This document shows, piece by piece, positions 8,428-8,457 of a stretch of 8,457 nt of DNA (the stretch's first letter is position 1; each line of letters opens with the position of its first letter). The stretch covers positions 217,991 through 226,447 of the forward strand of contig CAJNOF010000082.1 of NCBI GenBank assembly GCA_905250055.1, written 5' to 3'. The position numbers and the translations under genes are program-made. This stretch comes from Rotaria sp. Its lineage: Eukaryota. The notes under the pieces are model-generated. The model searched no databases. It was not told the DNA's origin and saw only the letters and a program-made list of their open reading frames with translations.

Positions 8428-8457
8428 TAGTTTAAATAGAACTTATAACAGATGTAT

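Noticed and set aside
1-8457. Prokaryotic or phage defence island, CRISPR array, operon or mobile-element cargo
   Set aside because: There are no regularly spaced direct repeats, no densely packed co-directional ORFs, and no integrase, transposase or Cas-like translations. The spliced gene structure and metazoan-type domains point to a eukaryotic chromosome.

Overview
This window looks like AT-rich eukaryotic nuclear DNA, most likely from an invertebrate metazoan; I cannot place the taxon from sequence alone. It is not a prokaryotic locus: there is no operon-like ORF packing, CRISPR array, rRNA or intact tRNA. At least one gene has a canonical GT...AG intron. I can support two protein-coding genes, both on the + strand in the right-hand 3.5 kb. 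(1) A two-exon gene, join(4923..5255, 5697..6359), encodes a short type-II-membrane glycosyltransferase of the GT13 family (GnT-I/MGAT1 and POMGNT1-like). (2) An apparently intronless gene (about 7407..8422) encodes a RING-less TRIM-like protein with a B-box-like Cys/His zinc finger, a coiled coil and a C-terminal SPRY domain. Its 5' end is unresolved because the only plausible ATG is one base out of frame with the body, across an A6 run. The left 4.9 kb has no credible ORF on either strand. It carries homopolymer runs, a relatively G+C-rich island, weak tRNA-like box motifs and, upstream of gene 1, a cluster of CpG-containing bZIP/CRE-like motifs plus a 12-bp perfect palindrome. Several ORFs in the supplied track start at TTG or GTG (for example 7538, 1655, 4687, and the minus-strand ORF whose start is at 2417). 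Those starts are not meaningful in a eukaryotic context. I see no evidence for a novel multi-gene system; the findings below are gene-model and regulatory oddities of modest interest.
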